Notes: generated from the sequence alone by a model not told the origin. DNA of 63,148 bases, filler included, from Stramenopiles sp. TOSAG23-3 (GCA_900128585.1; 6 parts of 6 records of this genome joined end to end with filler, not necessarily neighbours in it); one strand, 5' to 3'; positions 1-11,316 are shown, counted from the first letter of the whole stretch. A program made the numbers and translations.

Positions 1-242
1 AAGAAGAAGAAGTTGAAAATTTATTATTATATTATTATTTTTTTTTATTATTAAAAAAATACTTCGTCGTACTGTTATAAATCAGTAAGAAGAATTGATC
101 TATCTGTCTTGGAAAATAATAACTGTGGGTGCTTCTAAGATCAATTACTCGGTCGTATAAAGAATCTGTTTCCATATCATTTTAAGCCTGTAGGTATACC
201 CCGATTGCTCGATCGTTTTCTTGTGGCTGAAAATTTTAAACT

Positions 243-1466
243 ATGAGTGGTCTTGATTCGAGTTCAGAAGAGGAGACGAGCGGATGGCCCCCTGCAACGC
301 CCCAAACGCCCGTTTCGTATTATGTAGAAGTTGCCAGTTCGGACACGACGTCGGGCGGGGAAAGCGATGATGATGGTGAGTGTACGGTCGAGAACAAAAG
401 TAGTGATAGTTTAGGTATCAGTGTTCGTGGTAATAGTAGTGACCCTGGCTTAAAAATCGATGCAGATGGTAGAAGCGACGACGAGACTCCCAAGGTTGAA
501 GAACACGACGAAGTTAGTAACGGCCAAGAAAATAGGAGTACTCAAAATTCTCCTGCTGCTGTTGAAGTAGATACCACAGGGGCAAGTTCTGAAGGCAGTG
601 GCATTGGTTTATTCGACAAGGGTCGGCGGGAAGAAGACGTGGGCTCCCCTATTTTTGATGAAATGTTGAATCTTGAACATGAACTCGACGAGGAAACAGA
701 ACACGACGTGGGCTTGCAGTTTGACGATGGAGTTTTTACCGGTACCGACCTCAGTGGACAGGCCGAAGAGTTGGCTGCGAAAGGGATGGACGTCGAATTC
801 CATTTGGGCCAACGCCACACTGAAGACGATGTAAATAAGGAGGACATACACGGGAAAGATTTCGAGCTTATGTTGCTAAAAAGAGAAATGGAAGCAGCTG
901 CCTTCAACAAACAGAGGGAAGACGAAATGTTGGCAGAAGAAAGACAGAGGCGATTGGAAATTAGAAAGCGTCAGATTGAGCTGGAACGCCAGCGGAGGCT
1001 TAGCAAGCTGGAGGATTTAGCCCGGGTTGCAGAAATGATGACAGTTCAATTCGACGCCAAAATAGAACAAGTGCAGAGCACCATAGATGAGATAAACGCA
1101 GAATTAATGGTCGAAGAGAGTGTAGAGCTGGCCCGGGAACTGCGACGCGGCCAAACGATGAGCCGAGACCGGCTGCTGGACGGGTACCAGTTTTCCCCCC
1201 GTGAAGCAGACTCCATTGTTCGCAAGATGGCAAGACGAAGCGAGATGGCAAGCTCCAGCTATGTCTCTTCGGCGTCTTATTTTTCTGGGATTACAGATGA
1301 TGAACCGGGCTATTTTGCCAGGCCATCGAAAAGTACATACCCAGCTATGATCAAACGACTTGTAAATGCTTACGCTGGTAGACCGAATATAAATGGGAGA
1401 AGTACAACAGAAAGTCACCGACTGCTTCGGCAAAAACTAAAGCAAGTATTAGACGGCAACCTTTGA
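243..1466 (+). CDS. Hypothetical protein, acidic low-complexity N-terminus plus coiled coil (407 aa)
   Basis: ATG-initiated 407-aa ORF in coding-like composition; D/E/S-rich N-half, E/R/L heptad region (EERQRRLEIRKRQIELERQRRL); no recognisable domain. Confidence 0.7.
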   Translation: MSGLDSSSEEETSGWPPATPQTPVSYYVEVASSDTTSGGESDDDGECTVENKSSDSLGISVRGNSSDPGLKIDADGRSDDETPKVEEHDEVSNGQENRSTQNSPAAVEVDTTGASSEGSGIGLFDKGRREEDVGSPIFDEMLNLEHELDEETEHDVGLQFDDGVFTGTDLSGQAEELAAKGMDVEFHLGQRHTEDDVNKEDIHGKDFELMLLKREMEAAAFNKQREDEMLAEERQRRLEIRKRQIELERQRRLSKLEDLARVAEMMTVQFDAKIEQVQSTIDEINAELMVEESVELARELRRGQTMSRDRLLDGYQFSPREADSIVRKMARRSEMASSSYVSSASYFSGITDDEPGYFARPSKSTYPAMIKRLVNAYAGRPNINGRSTTESHRLLRQKLKQVLDGNL

Positions 1467-1472
1467 AAATTC

Positions 1473-1589
1473 AAAACAAGAAAATTGGCTGTTATTTAAG
1501 TAATTAAAATTATTGTACTGCGAACTGAAATCTATCTTGTACTGCGAACTGAAATCTAGATTTAGACATTCTAGGTTTGCATTCCTTCA
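1473..1589 (+). repeat. Longest copy of the dispersed 3'-flank element (core AAAACAAGAAAATTGGCTGTTATTTAAG plus GTACTGCGAACTGAAATCTAGATTTAGACATTCTAGG extension)
   Basis: 1544-1589 matches 12664-12709 in reverse complement with one mismatch; core recurs at 11.3-11.9 kb, 12.4 kb, 12.7 kb, 28.5 kb and 61.5 kb; internal 24-nt-period duplication at 1513-1558. Confidence 0.85.
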
Positions 1590-1990
1590 CCATGAACTGC
1601 GAACTTAACTAATCATTCTCAGATATGTACTCCATTGATGATCTGAATCAGAAAATTATTAGATTTGTACCGTGACATAGTTGCAAGGTACGAAAAAATA
1701 TTATTACAGAAGAAAGAATTCAACCCACCGGGGAAACCGTCTAGGTTTTTTAATTTTCGACAATAAGAAATTAAATTGCAAGGAAGGATGAATTAGTACT
1801 TTCAGTGTAGTCATATTTAACGTGTTACGTATAAATTTTATCTAAATAACATTTTCTATATTTTGTTTTTAAAATTAACTACTCAGAAGGTAGGATATTT
1901 AGTCTCATTGGCGGCGTTTTGCATCTAATTCATAACCCAAAAGACTTTTTAAATGTCCTTCATATCTAAATAACAGCATGTATTTTGTTT

Positions 1991-2674
1991 TTAAATGTCC
2001 TTCAAATAACAGTCTTTAAAGGGTGCTAAAGCGACTAGGTTTCCCGACGCTATGTTAATAACGTCGTACGCGTAAAGGAATACAAACCCTGCGAAGAACA
2101 GTCCATAGAAAGGGTTTCCAGTTGTGCCCCAGCAGGGGAGTAGTCTCTTTGTAAACGGGATTTTTACTCTTTTACAATTGCACCGGCACAGTTTCTGTAA
2201 CAGCGAGATTCGTTTTTTTCTTCGATTTGCTTTATTATCGTTGTTTTCAGGGCTAAATCCAAACACGTACAAGTGGCAAAGAGGGACGCACACTCCAAAG
2301 AAAGAGACCAGCAGTTTAAGAGCCCCTACCTCCAAATAGCCTAAGTATATACGTCCGGCTCCATACGCTCCCCCAACAAGCGATAGCATCCGCGCGGTGC
2401 TCTGCCTCTTGCATTTGTGCGGACACTTTGAGAGGTCACACACTGGTTTGTCTGACACTGTCGCTGCCTGCAACATCTTACGGCGCATTCTCAGGGCGGA
2501 AAACACCCTCGATTTCAACCCAATGCTGGTCGCTGGCAAAGTGTCCTGTTCCGCTACGACCCCGAAGGCAGAGAACAACAAAATGCTCGCGGTTACAAGG
2601 AGAGAGAACGCCACTGTCTTAGTCATCATCGTTGTGCGTGTTTCTGCCGTCTTCTGTTGACTGTTGTTTCGCAT
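1991..2674 (-). CDS. TM2 domain-containing membrane protein
   Basis: N-terminal signal/TM segment; TM2-like signature LSLVGGAYGAGRIYLGYLEVGALKLL (cf. GxxGxDRFYLG..G.LKL); C-terminal TM ending YAYDVINIASG. Confidence 0.75.
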   Translation of the reverse strand: MRNNSQQKTAETRTTMMTKTVAFSLLVTASILLFSAFGVVAEQDTLPATSIGLKSRVFSALRMRRKMLQAATVSDKPVCDLSKCPHKCKRQSTARMLSLVGGAYGAGRIYLGYLEVGALKLLVSFFGVCVPLCHLYVFGFSPENNDNKANRRKKRISLLQKLCRCNCKRVKIPFTKRLLPCWGTTGNPFYGLFFAGFVFLYAYDVINIASGNLVALAPFKDCYLKDI

Positions 2675-2958
2675 GAAATTTGTTTGTTGACCAGACGTGC
2701 GGCTACGGGTGTTTTTTTCCTGTTAAATTCCTCGTTCAATGTGTGAAAATGCAAGATCCACTCATCAATATTAGCAAGATGCTTTTTTTAATACCAAGTA
2801 AGTAGAAGAAGAGCTGCTGCTGCTGCAGAAAAAAAGAAGAAAGAAGAAAGAAGAAGAAGAAGAAGAAAAAGTTGTTGCTAGACTATAAGCTAATGTGCAC
2901 AGTATTGTTGCTCACCTGGAAGGAAGTGGTGGGTGGTGTTTTTTTTGTTTTCGCTTAT

Positions 2959-2991
2959 ACCTTGTCTGTCACCTTGTCTGTCACCTTGTCT
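2959..2991. repeat. 12-bp tandem repeat (ACCTTGTCTGTC) x ~2.8
   Basis: Read directly in sequence. Confidence 0.85.
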
Positions 2992-4001
2992 TATATTACA
3001 ATATTATTTATTACTGGTATAATTATAATATAGAAGTAATAGAACGACTATCACGTTCTTTTATTTTATTTTGGATATTTACATTAGTATAGTATTAATA
3101 CATTAATATACTATTAGCTATTACATACCAGAGTATAGGATAGGACTACATCCGGTATTATTATTAGCTATATATAAAATATTATTACCGGTATTTCGTA
3201 TAATAATAATAATAATAATACTGCTAGTCTACGTACAGCAAGGCAAATAATTTTAAAAAACTATATTAGTCTAGTAATAAAATAAAACTAAAAAAGAGGA
3301 GTGTTTTCACTTTAAATAGAACGACTAGTCCTATTATTAGACTATGAAGGCAAATAAAATATATTAATGATGCAGTTGACAGCTAGCTAGGAAGGAGCTA
3401 GGACGAATTATTTTTATACGCCTTGTATTAATACTACCTCGATACATTGTCGTCGTCTTTGTATTACGAGGATACTTATTATTAGTGTCTAAAAAAGTAG
3501 AAGGAATAGAAGCAAACAACACACAACAATATAATAAATAATAATATAATTAATTATTAGACTATAGTATTACAATATTATAGCAAATATTATAATAATT
3601 ATTTAATAATAATTCTTTCTTCTTCTTTTTTTTATTATTAATAATAATAATAATAAAATAATATTTTATTAGGACTATTATCATCATCTCTTTTTTTTGT
3701 TGCGTTGCTTTTTTGTTGTTTGGATTGATAGTCGTCTAATAAAAATATATAAAAAGACGGCTAATTCCCTAAAGCTTGGAATGAATAATTCTTTCGTGTC
3801 ACAAAGTATCGCATTTAGACCAAGAAGATTTCCGATACACTTTATACCGCAAAGGACATTCCTTCCTTGGAGACGTTAAAAAGACTGTCGAAGTTTGTTA
3901 TTTAACCCATAGAGGTATCCGCAAGTCCTGTTTTCCTTCCACCAAGCCGGTCACCTTGGGCGCGATTCTTTCATTTTGAGGCGTTGCAACGTTTTTCCAC
4001 C

Positions 4002-7000
4002 ATGTCGGAAACAGAAAAAAAAATCCAGAACTTGCTGGAGGCTGTTAAAAAGTTCCAAAATTTTAAACAGCTGGCAAAATACAACATTGGCTGCATTCTG
4101 CAAGCGATAACCCCTCCTACGTCGGGGTGGAAGCAAGCTGTACAATACATAGTGCACAGTGGAGGGGTAGATATTCTTGTTTCTATTTTGAAAAAACAAG
4201 ATGATAGCAGTTCAGAAATAGTCGTCTTACTTACCAAGACTATTGCACGGTTGAATATTTCCGCCGAGAGTACGAAGATCGTGGTTGAAAGTGGCGGTAT
4301 AGACGCTGCTTTCAAGACTGTTCTAGGTGACTCATCAACTCCCTCTTCTGACGCAATCGCTGAAACCACCAAATTAGTGCAGTCTGCGTCAATGTGGGAC
4401 GCAGAGTCTGTCGTTCGAAGCGGGGGCGTTTCCGGGCTGATTAAATTAATGGAGAAATTCTCTTCAAACCAAAAATTGCTCCAACTAAGTGTCTGCACTC
4501 TGGAAACTCTCACCCAGACTCCGAAGGGGGTCAATGAATTAGTTCAACAAAGTGGGATTCCTGTTATGCTTGCGGCAATGGACATTCAGAATTCGCAAGA
4601 ATCTTCAGGTCACCTCGACGAGTGCTTTACCCTTCTGTCGAGGGCGTGTTACGCCCCCGAAAACGTAGAATACATTGCGGCGTGCGGGGGGGCCGAGACG
4701 ATTATCGACACGTTGAAAGGGATTGACGTGGGAGAAAGTGGTCTGGCAAAACGGGGCGGGAAATTATTGTGGAAATTGGCAAAGGGTAAAGTAAAAGACG
4801 CAATAAAAAAGCTAGACCAGGGGCAAGATCCCAAAGCCATTGCACTGTTGTCACACTTAGCCGTTGGAGAACAAATAGAAAACATTGTCAATTCCAATGG
4901 ACTACCGAATTTAGTTGCGGTGCTGCAGAATGGGAAGCTGTCAAACGATGATCTAGAAAATGCCTCGAGGTGCGTGGCAAAACTTATCGCAACCCCCGAC
5001 TACATGAAGAAAGTGATGGACAGTGGCGCCATTAGTGTGCTGGTGAAACTACTGTATCGCCAGGGCAACAGTGACTCGATAATAACTACAATTGTTGGTA
5101 TTTTGACCTCTATCTCCAAGGCTATGTCGTCTGATATTGTCAACAAGAAAGCTAAAACCGCAGAGTACAACTCTGTACTGTTTGTCCTAGGCAAACGGGT
5201 CGACTCGGAAGCCGTCTGTCGTAAATGCTTACAGTATATAACTCTGCTGAAGCCCTTTCCAAGAATCTTAGTGGGGGCCAAAGAATCGGTTGGTTTCATC
5301 AGCAACGCTATGAAAAATCATCACAGCTGCTTTAAAATCCAACGACACGGTGCGAATGCTCTGAATATGTTAGCTTCTGCGTATGTCGAAAACAGTACAC
5401 CACTGGCTTCCATTTCGGAAGAAATTTTGAAGGCCGGTGGTGTAAAATGTGTGTTTCAAGCTTTAGAAGATTTTGGTGAGTCCGCGGATGTAGCAGTTTC
5501 ATGCCTGTCCATACTGGAGCAGATTAATTCGGTGAACGAATCGGCGAGCGTTTTGCAGTATATTGAAATCGATGTACAAGACTTTCGCCAACATATTGCC
5601 TCCACCGCCATACTTCACCTAAACGAATCAGGTGTACGTGCGACTTCGCACAAACTTCTCGATTCATTTGTAGATGAAGCATGCGTAGTAACGAAACTTC
5701 AATCAATTGAAAAGTGGCTAGCGGGTATAACGGACCGCCCCGATTCAGAGAGCTTGTCTTTGATCTTGGCTGATATGCAGTTCCTGACAGGATGCACAAT
5801 TTCGGCAAAACTTAGCCGGTTGCTAATAGAGCATGGTGGCATCTCGTTGATTTTTCATAGCATGGCTGAAAGTGGGACGCAAATGGATCTTGACAGCTTG
5901 AACGAGGTGCTAGAGTACTGTTTCTTGTTCTTGTACAATTTAATCCTATCGAACCCCTCCCTACGAGACACAGTGGCAGAACTTGTCCAGAATTTGGGCG
6001 GTGTTTCAATTGCTGCAAAGACTATGAAAATGAATCCCAAAATGGACGTCGCGCCTGGTTTAAAGCTGCTCCGGGAGTTTTCAAAAATGACGCTTCTGTC
6101 CCCTGACCTTCTATCAAACGGAGTTGCAGAGGCCATGTTTACCCTTCTTCGCGTACAAACGGAGGACCAGACGGTGCTATTGTTAGCCCTGAGCATTTTG
6201 ATAGATTTGGCATGCTACCCAAAAAATGTGTCAGCACTTATCAAAAAAGGCGTTTTTAGCCCGGTTGTTAGTACAATTCGTCCAGGACATTCCAACAGTA
6301 ACAATCGTTATGTGGTTCACAAAGTCTTGAAAGTGGTGCTTTTGCTTACAAAAAATAGCCTAGGGGTAAAAGCACTGCGACGGATCCGCCCCCTTCCTAC
6401 TCTTGCCCACGTAAGCGAATATTTTTGTGCAGAGCAGGATATCCAACGCTTATGTGGCAGGGTCATAAGTATAGTTGCAAGTACAGGGGATTTGGAACTC
6501 GCCTGCAAGACTTTAAGTGATATTGCAGCTTCAGACGACATAGATATTCCTCAAGCAACAGAACTAATGGACACGGTCAGGACGTTTGCGTTTGAAATTG
6601 ATAATTATGCCCAATTGGTCGACAAAGGTGTGTGTGAAAATGTGATTTTGCTCATGTCCAAGCTGATTGCACTAGAGGAGGATGTGGCAGTAAGTGCCTT
6701 ACTCTCAAAAGCAGCGTGGTGCATTGGTTTTATGGCCATGGAGGTGCAAATACATGAAGCATCACAAGTGGGACCGTGGATGGTCTATATCCTGAGGATG
6801 GATCCCACGAAAGCCATGTTGAACGCGGTGTCTATGTTCATGAGCTCAAAGCACAACGCTCATCAGCTTGTAAATAACAATTTAGTAGAATCGCTCGTTG
6901 AAATAATCCCAGACAGTGATGTTGAGCTGCTACCGCTTATATTTAGATGCTTGGGTGCCATTGCTAACACCTCCAGTGAATTTCATGACCGGGTGTCTTC

Positions 7001-10000
7001 CTCTCAAGCACTCATGCAAAGTTTCCAGCGACTGGGCCATCTCCAAAATTGTCAGGATTCAGCCCCGGTGTGTGCGTTTTTTGATTTTTTGTCAATCGTT
7101 TGTTTTGAGTCCCCGGAAAATGTGGCGAAACTTCACGATGGTGGTTACACACCCAATTTGTTAGAATACATTGATATGGAATGGGCGGTTCCAGGGAAAA
7201 GAAATTTCGTCCTGTACAGCATGAAGTTTATTCTCACTGCTTGTGTTTATAGCCAAAATGTACTGCGGCTTTTTGACAGCGAATTCCAGGGCGGAATGAC
7301 ATTTCTAGAAATTATACTTAAATACGAGGAATACTCTTCGGACAAAGATATTGCGCTCTATATTCTTCGCATAACGGAAGTTTGTCATCAGGAGGGTGCG
7401 ACCCAAGACATAAAACCAAACGAAATGTTTCAAGAGCGACTGAAATCCAATATTGTATTATTATTGACCCAACACGAATCATCGGAGACCATAGCAGAAA
7501 AAGGTGGAAAGATATTGGCTCTGTTGTCATCGGAGCCGAAGGAAACGCAAAATGTTGCTGATCTGCTTGCTAGTATCGATGCAGCAGTGCGTCAGTTCTG
7601 CGGCTCCCCCGACGTCATGTTAGCATCACGTCTGTGCACATTTATTGGTAGTTTCAATAGTTATGTTGCGGTTAATGAGGGAAGGCAGACTACCGAAACG
7701 TACAGCGACGCGATTGTACTCTTTCATAACTCTTTGATTCTGGTTGGTAAGTTGGAAATTTCAAGGTGCACAGAGTCCATTGTTGAAAAATCTCTTGGTG
7801 TTTTGAGTAGAATTTCCAAAACAAAACGCAGCGAAAGAAGGAATGGGAGTATTGATATTTCTAACATTTTGCAGGATATAATGCAGAATTACTCTCACAA
7901 CACGAAAATCTTGGATAAGTCGGTGAGTTTGCTCGGTGCTTTAGCGGACAGTAATGGAGGCTTAGAGCTTATATGCAAAAACTCATGCATGACTGGCTTA
8001 ACTAAAGCCATCCGACGTTCTAAGTCAGATAATCGACTGCAAGCCTCAGTGACAAGTGCTCTCAGTAGTATTTCGAAAGGCGTTGCCCGAGAAGGGGGGA
8101 GTTTGATTGAAAAACAAGGGGATGGCGCTTCCTTGGTATACGGTGTGATGGAAACGGTAACAGAAAGCGAAGAAGATCTCCAACGGAGCATTAACGGTAT
8201 TGTGAAAGCCCCAGACGGGCCTCGCCATTTACTGGAGATAATGTCCGTTTCGGCAGACAATGTACAGCTCCATGAAAAAGCACTGAAACAATTGTACACT
8301 ATTCAAGAAGAAGACCAGCTTGCATTCTCGTCGCCAGAGCAGATACGCGGGGTCGTCAATGCGATCAATTGTGCTTCGGAAAATCGCTCCGATTCCAACG
8401 ACCACTATGACAAACGAATGGAAGAGATGCTGAATTTTGGCATTAATATTATCGAAAGAGCGGCGCAATCCTCCGCAAACGCTCAGAGTTTGCTCGAACA
8501 TGGGGGAATAGACGCGCTTGTAAACACTTTGGGAAATACGAGAAACCGTGGCACTAGTTTGATGTGTGCGCGGGCTTTACGAAAAATGTCCTCTCATGGA
8601 AACGCTAAAGTACATTCTAGATTTGCTGAGTTGCAGGTCGCTTCTACTATTGCAAGTGCCCTTAGAACACATGACGAAGACGACGAATTTCAGAAAGATG
8701 CGTTAGAATTGTTGCAGAGCATCAATGGGGAGAGCACTGTTGATTCTGAAGTTGGCGTTGATGGAATTCTGTTATTTGAGACGATAAATCTAGACAGCAA
8801 CGGTGACTTCCGAGGCGAGACAAAAATGTTATGGGAGTCCAAGATGCAAAGCACGCTGGAAGCCTCTCTTCTTGCTCTTGGTGGCAAAGACGTACTCTCT
8901 TTTGAACAGGCGCGAACCGACGAAGGTGCGGTGTATTATGTCAACAGCAAGGATGGTAGTACAATGTGGGATGTTCCGACTCCGATCAAGCCGATGCAGG
9001 ACTATTTAACCAGTTTTGATGCTTTGATGGCTAACATGCCGTTGTCCCACGATTACGTTCCCCTATTCAACTCAGGAAATTTAAACATTTTTACTGCACA
9101 TTTGTCATCCCGAAAGGGGGTGGAAACATGTATTGTTTTGAGCCTCAAACTTTTGCTCTTTGTGCTTTGCTCAGATAAACAGCAAGTTCCAAAACTTTAC
9201 GACATCAACGGGCATACAGCTTTATTATCTTGCCTTGAGAATTTTTCAGCGAACCCGGCCATCATTGCTTTGGTCACGAAGTGCTGGAATATATGCGTTG
9301 CCGCAGATAAAGCTGCCATAACCGCGCTCGACACCCATTATATCGGATTAGTCGTAACGTCTTTGGTAAACCACAAAGACCACAAGGAAATGTGCGTTGG
9401 CTGCATAAAAGCCCTTGCCAACGCCACCTTTGGGAGTAGTGATAGAATACAGAGTGTTAGCGATGCCGATGGTATAAGTGCAATAGAAACCCTAATGCAG
9501 GTTTACAGGGATGATGCGGACATGCTGTCGAAGGTTCTGATCTTGCTCGCAAATGTAGCGCATGGGGGAAACGAACTCAGAGTGCAGATAGCCGATAGAT
9601 GTGGGGATGAACTCATACTTATACTGTTCGACCACAACGATAGTTATCAACTGTCGATGCAGGCCATAAGGGCCGTTGGCATCCTGGCTTTTTGCGAACA
9701 TAACATCGCGCGTCTTATCCAGGAAAGCGCTACAGCTAGCATAATAAAAACATGCAGAAAACATTCGACAAAGCATGAATTAGTTACGTTGAGCTTAGAC
9801 GTGCTGGCAAATCTCTCCTCCGACAACAATGACAACGAATACGAAGTTATTATGAAGGAGGGAGCGCCATCATTTGTTTCAGAGCTATTGCCATCCGTAG
9901 ATTCGGAATCGTACGCGCTTTCAGCTGTAAATGCTGCAGCTAATTTAGCATGTCATCCCGGGAGTGGGGAGGTGATGATTGAGAAAAACTATGTGTTTGC

Positions 10001-11267
10001 TGCATTAAACCTCCTTAAAGAGTACGAGTGGAACGCTGAGATTGTAGAAACCACAATTGATTCATTTAATAATTTGTCGCACTCCAACTCTCCAGCGGTC
10101 ATGGGTGCCATTGTTGACGAAGGTGGAGTACAAGCTATCCTTTCCGCTTGCCAAATCCATTTCGAAAAGATAGAGTTGTGTGAGGCTGGTTTGACGACAT
10201 TGTCCATGGCAATTAGAATGAAAAGAGGCATCAAACACTTAATGTCCGTGGACGGTGCCAGTGCTCTTATGAAACTTTACGAAAAACAAAAAGACAAAAC
10301 TGTCATTACAATGATTTTTAAAATGCTCTCATATTTGGGGAAAAAGGATGAGTATGCCATCATCGTAGGTCAGGCGTGCATACATCAAGTTGTCAGCGCA
10401 ATGAAAGATTACGAGGACGACTTGGTTATTTTGAAAGCAGCAATATCAACGCTCACCCACATGACACTGCACGATGGAAATTTAAGTCTTATAGTCCAGC
10501 AGAACGGCGTGGCTCTTTTGGTCGACATCATATGCAAATACCCAGAAGAGCTGGACGTTTTGGAGGAGGCAATACATTCGATTGATCATATTGCGATATG
10601 CTCTCCAGAGTTGTGCATGATTGTAGTGCAAGAGAGTGGAAAAGAAGCCTTGTCACTTTTGGCTGAGACGTTTGTAGGTAGCGAAATTCCACGCGAGGAG
10701 AGGATCGCGCAGGCATGTAAACACACTATCATGACCATGGGGGCACTGGAGCACCAAGCACAAGAATTAAGTAAATCGAATTTCTTAAAGTGCGGGCACA
10801 AACGTATTGTAAGTCACGAGAGTGATAACGGTGGTCATGTAGGCCCGTCTGGCATCGACGAAATTCAAAAATTGAGAATGGTAGAAGCGTTTGACAGTAT
10901 TTCAGGAGTTATGATGAAAGGGAAAAAAGTCTACGTGAAGTTCCCAGAAGGTAAACGCTCAAAACACCACATTAAAATGAGCAAAGAGAAGGACGCCCTG
11001 GTGTTCGTTCCTTCCAAAAGTACACGGGCGACTGCTGTGCCGATTTCAATTGCATTTGTAGACTTGGAATCTATTGTCCGAGGCCCAATATTTTCGGAGC
11101 ATATTCAAAAGACAAAAAGGTTGCATCGCTATCTTGGTGTAGGGACAAAGAGCAACGATGAATACAATTTGATATTCAGTTCCCCCACAGAACGAAACAA
11201 TTGGTACGAAATGATTCGAATTAGCCAAAAAGCTTCACATATTTTTAACTCAAAAAAGGACGAGTAG
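4002..11267 (+). CDS. Giant armadillo/HEAT-repeat protein with a WW domain and probable C-terminal PH-like domain (~2421 aa)
   Basis: Many ARM motifs (IVESGGIDAA, LLEHGGIDALV, IVQQNGVALLV); WW motif FEQARTDEGAVYYVNSKDGSTMWDVP at ~8900-8980; PH-like terminal helix FSSPTERNNWYEMI; first in-frame ATG at 4002; no intron. Confidence 0.85.
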   Translation: MSETEKKIQNLLEAVKKFQNFKQLAKYNIGCILQAITPPTSGWKQAVQYIVHSGGVDILVSILKKQDDSSSEIVVLLTKTIARLNISAESTKIVVESGGIDAAFKTVLGDSSTPSSDAIAETTKLVQSASMWDAESVVRSGGVSGLIKLMEKFSSNQKLLQLSVCTLETLTQTPKGVNELVQQSGIPVMLAAMDIQNSQESSGHLDECFTLLSRACYAPENVEYIAACGGAETIIDTLKGIDVGESGLAKRGGKLLWKLAKGKVKDAIKKLDQGQDPKAIALLSHLAVGEQIENIVNSNGLPNLVAVLQNGKLSNDDLENASRCVAKLIATPDYMKKVMDSGAISVLVKLLYRQGNSDSIITTIVGILTSISKAMSSDIVNKKAKTAEYNSVLFVLGKRVDSEAVCRKCLQYITLLKPFPRILVGAKESVGFISNAMKNHHSCFKIQRHGANALNMLASAYVENSTPLASISEEILKAGGVKCVFQALEDFGESADVAVSCLSILEQINSVNESASVLQYIEIDVQDFRQHIASTAILHLNESGVRATSHKLLDSFVDEACVVTKLQSIEKWLAGITDRPDSESLSLILADMQFLTGCTISAKLSRLLIEHGGISLIFHSMAESGTQMDLDSLNEVLEYCFLFLYNLILSNPSLRDTVAELVQNLGGVSIAAKTMKMNPKMDVAPGLKLLREFSKMTLLSPDLLSNGVAEAMFTLLRVQTEDQTVLLLALSILIDLACYPKNVSALIKKGVFSPVVSTIRPGHSNSNNRYVVHKVLKVVLLLTKNSLGVKALRRIRPLPTLAHVSEYFCAEQDIQRLCGRVISIVASTGDLELACKTLSDIAASDDIDIPQATELMDTVRTFAFEIDNYAQLVDKGVCENVILLMSKLIALEEDVAVSALLSKAAWCIGFMAMEVQIHEASQVGPWMVYILRMDPTKAMLNAVSMFMSSKHNAHQLVNNNLVESLVEIIPDSDVELLPLIFRCLGAIANTSSEFHDRVSSSQALMQSFQRLGHLQNCQDSAPVCAFFDFLSIVCFESPENVAKLHDGGYTPNLLEYIDMEWAVPGKRNFVLYSMKFILTACVYSQNVLRLFDSEFQGGMTFLEIILKYEEYSSDKDIALYILRITEVCHQEGATQDIKPNEMFQERLKSNIVLLLTQHESSETIAEKGGKILALLSSEPKETQNVADLLASIDAAVRQFCGSPDVMLASRLCTFIGSFNSYVAVNEGRQTTETYSDAIVLFHNSLILVGKLEISRCTESIVEKSLGVLSRISKTKRSERRNGSIDISNILQDIMQNYSHNTKILDKSVSLLGALADSNGGLELICKNSCMTGLTKAIRRSKSDNRLQASVTSALSSISKGVAREGGSLIEKQGDGASLVYGVMETVTESEEDLQRSINGIVKAPDGPRHLLEIMSVSADNVQLHEKALKQLYTIQEEDQLAFSSPEQIRGVVNAINCASENRSDSNDHYDKRMEEMLNFGINIIERAAQSSANAQSLLEHGGIDALVNTLGNTRNRGTSLMCARALRKMSSHGNAKVHSRFAELQVASTIASALRTHDEDDEFQKDALELLQSINGESTVDSEVGVDGILLFETINLDSNGDFRGETKMLWESKMQSTLEASLLALGGKDVLSFEQARTDEGAVYYVNSKDGSTMWDVPTPIKPMQDYLTSFDALMANMPLSHDYVPLFNSGNLNIFTAHLSSRKGVETCIVLSLKLLLFVLCSDKQQVPKLYDINGHTALLSCLENFSANPAIIALVTKCWNICVAADKAAITALDTHYIGLVVTSLVNHKDHKEMCVGCIKALANATFGSSDRIQSVSDADGISAIETLMQVYRDDADMLSKVLILLANVAHGGNELRVQIADRCGDELILILFDHNDSYQLSMQAIRAVGILAFCEHNIARLIQESATASIIKTCRKHSTKHELVTLSLDVLANLSSDNNDNEYEVIMKEGAPSFVSELLPSVDSESYALSAVNAAANLACHPGSGEVMIEKNYVFAALNLLKEYEWNAEIVETTIDSFNNLSHSNSPAVMGAIVDEGGVQAILSACQIHFEKIELCEAGLTTLSMAIRMKRGIKHLMSVDGASALMKLYEKQKDKTVITMIFKMLSYLGKKDEYAIIVGQACIHQVVSAMKDYEDDLVILKAAISTLTHMTLHDGNLSLIVQQNGVALLVDIICKYPEELDVLEEAIHSIDHIAICSPELCMIVVQESGKEALSLLAETFVGSEIPREERIAQACKHTIMTMGALEHQAQELSKSNFLKCGHKRIVSHESDNGGHVGPSGIDEIQKLRMVEAFDSISGVMMKGKKVYVKFPEGKRSKHHIKMSKEKDALVFVPSKSTRATAVPISIAFVDLESIVRGPIFSEHIQKTKRLHRYLGVGTKSNDEYNLIFSSPTERNNWYEMIRISQKASHIFNSKKDE

Positions 11268-11316
11268 TACTTCTTAACAGAAGAATTTAAGAACACGCGC
11301 CCGTTAATTTTCAATT

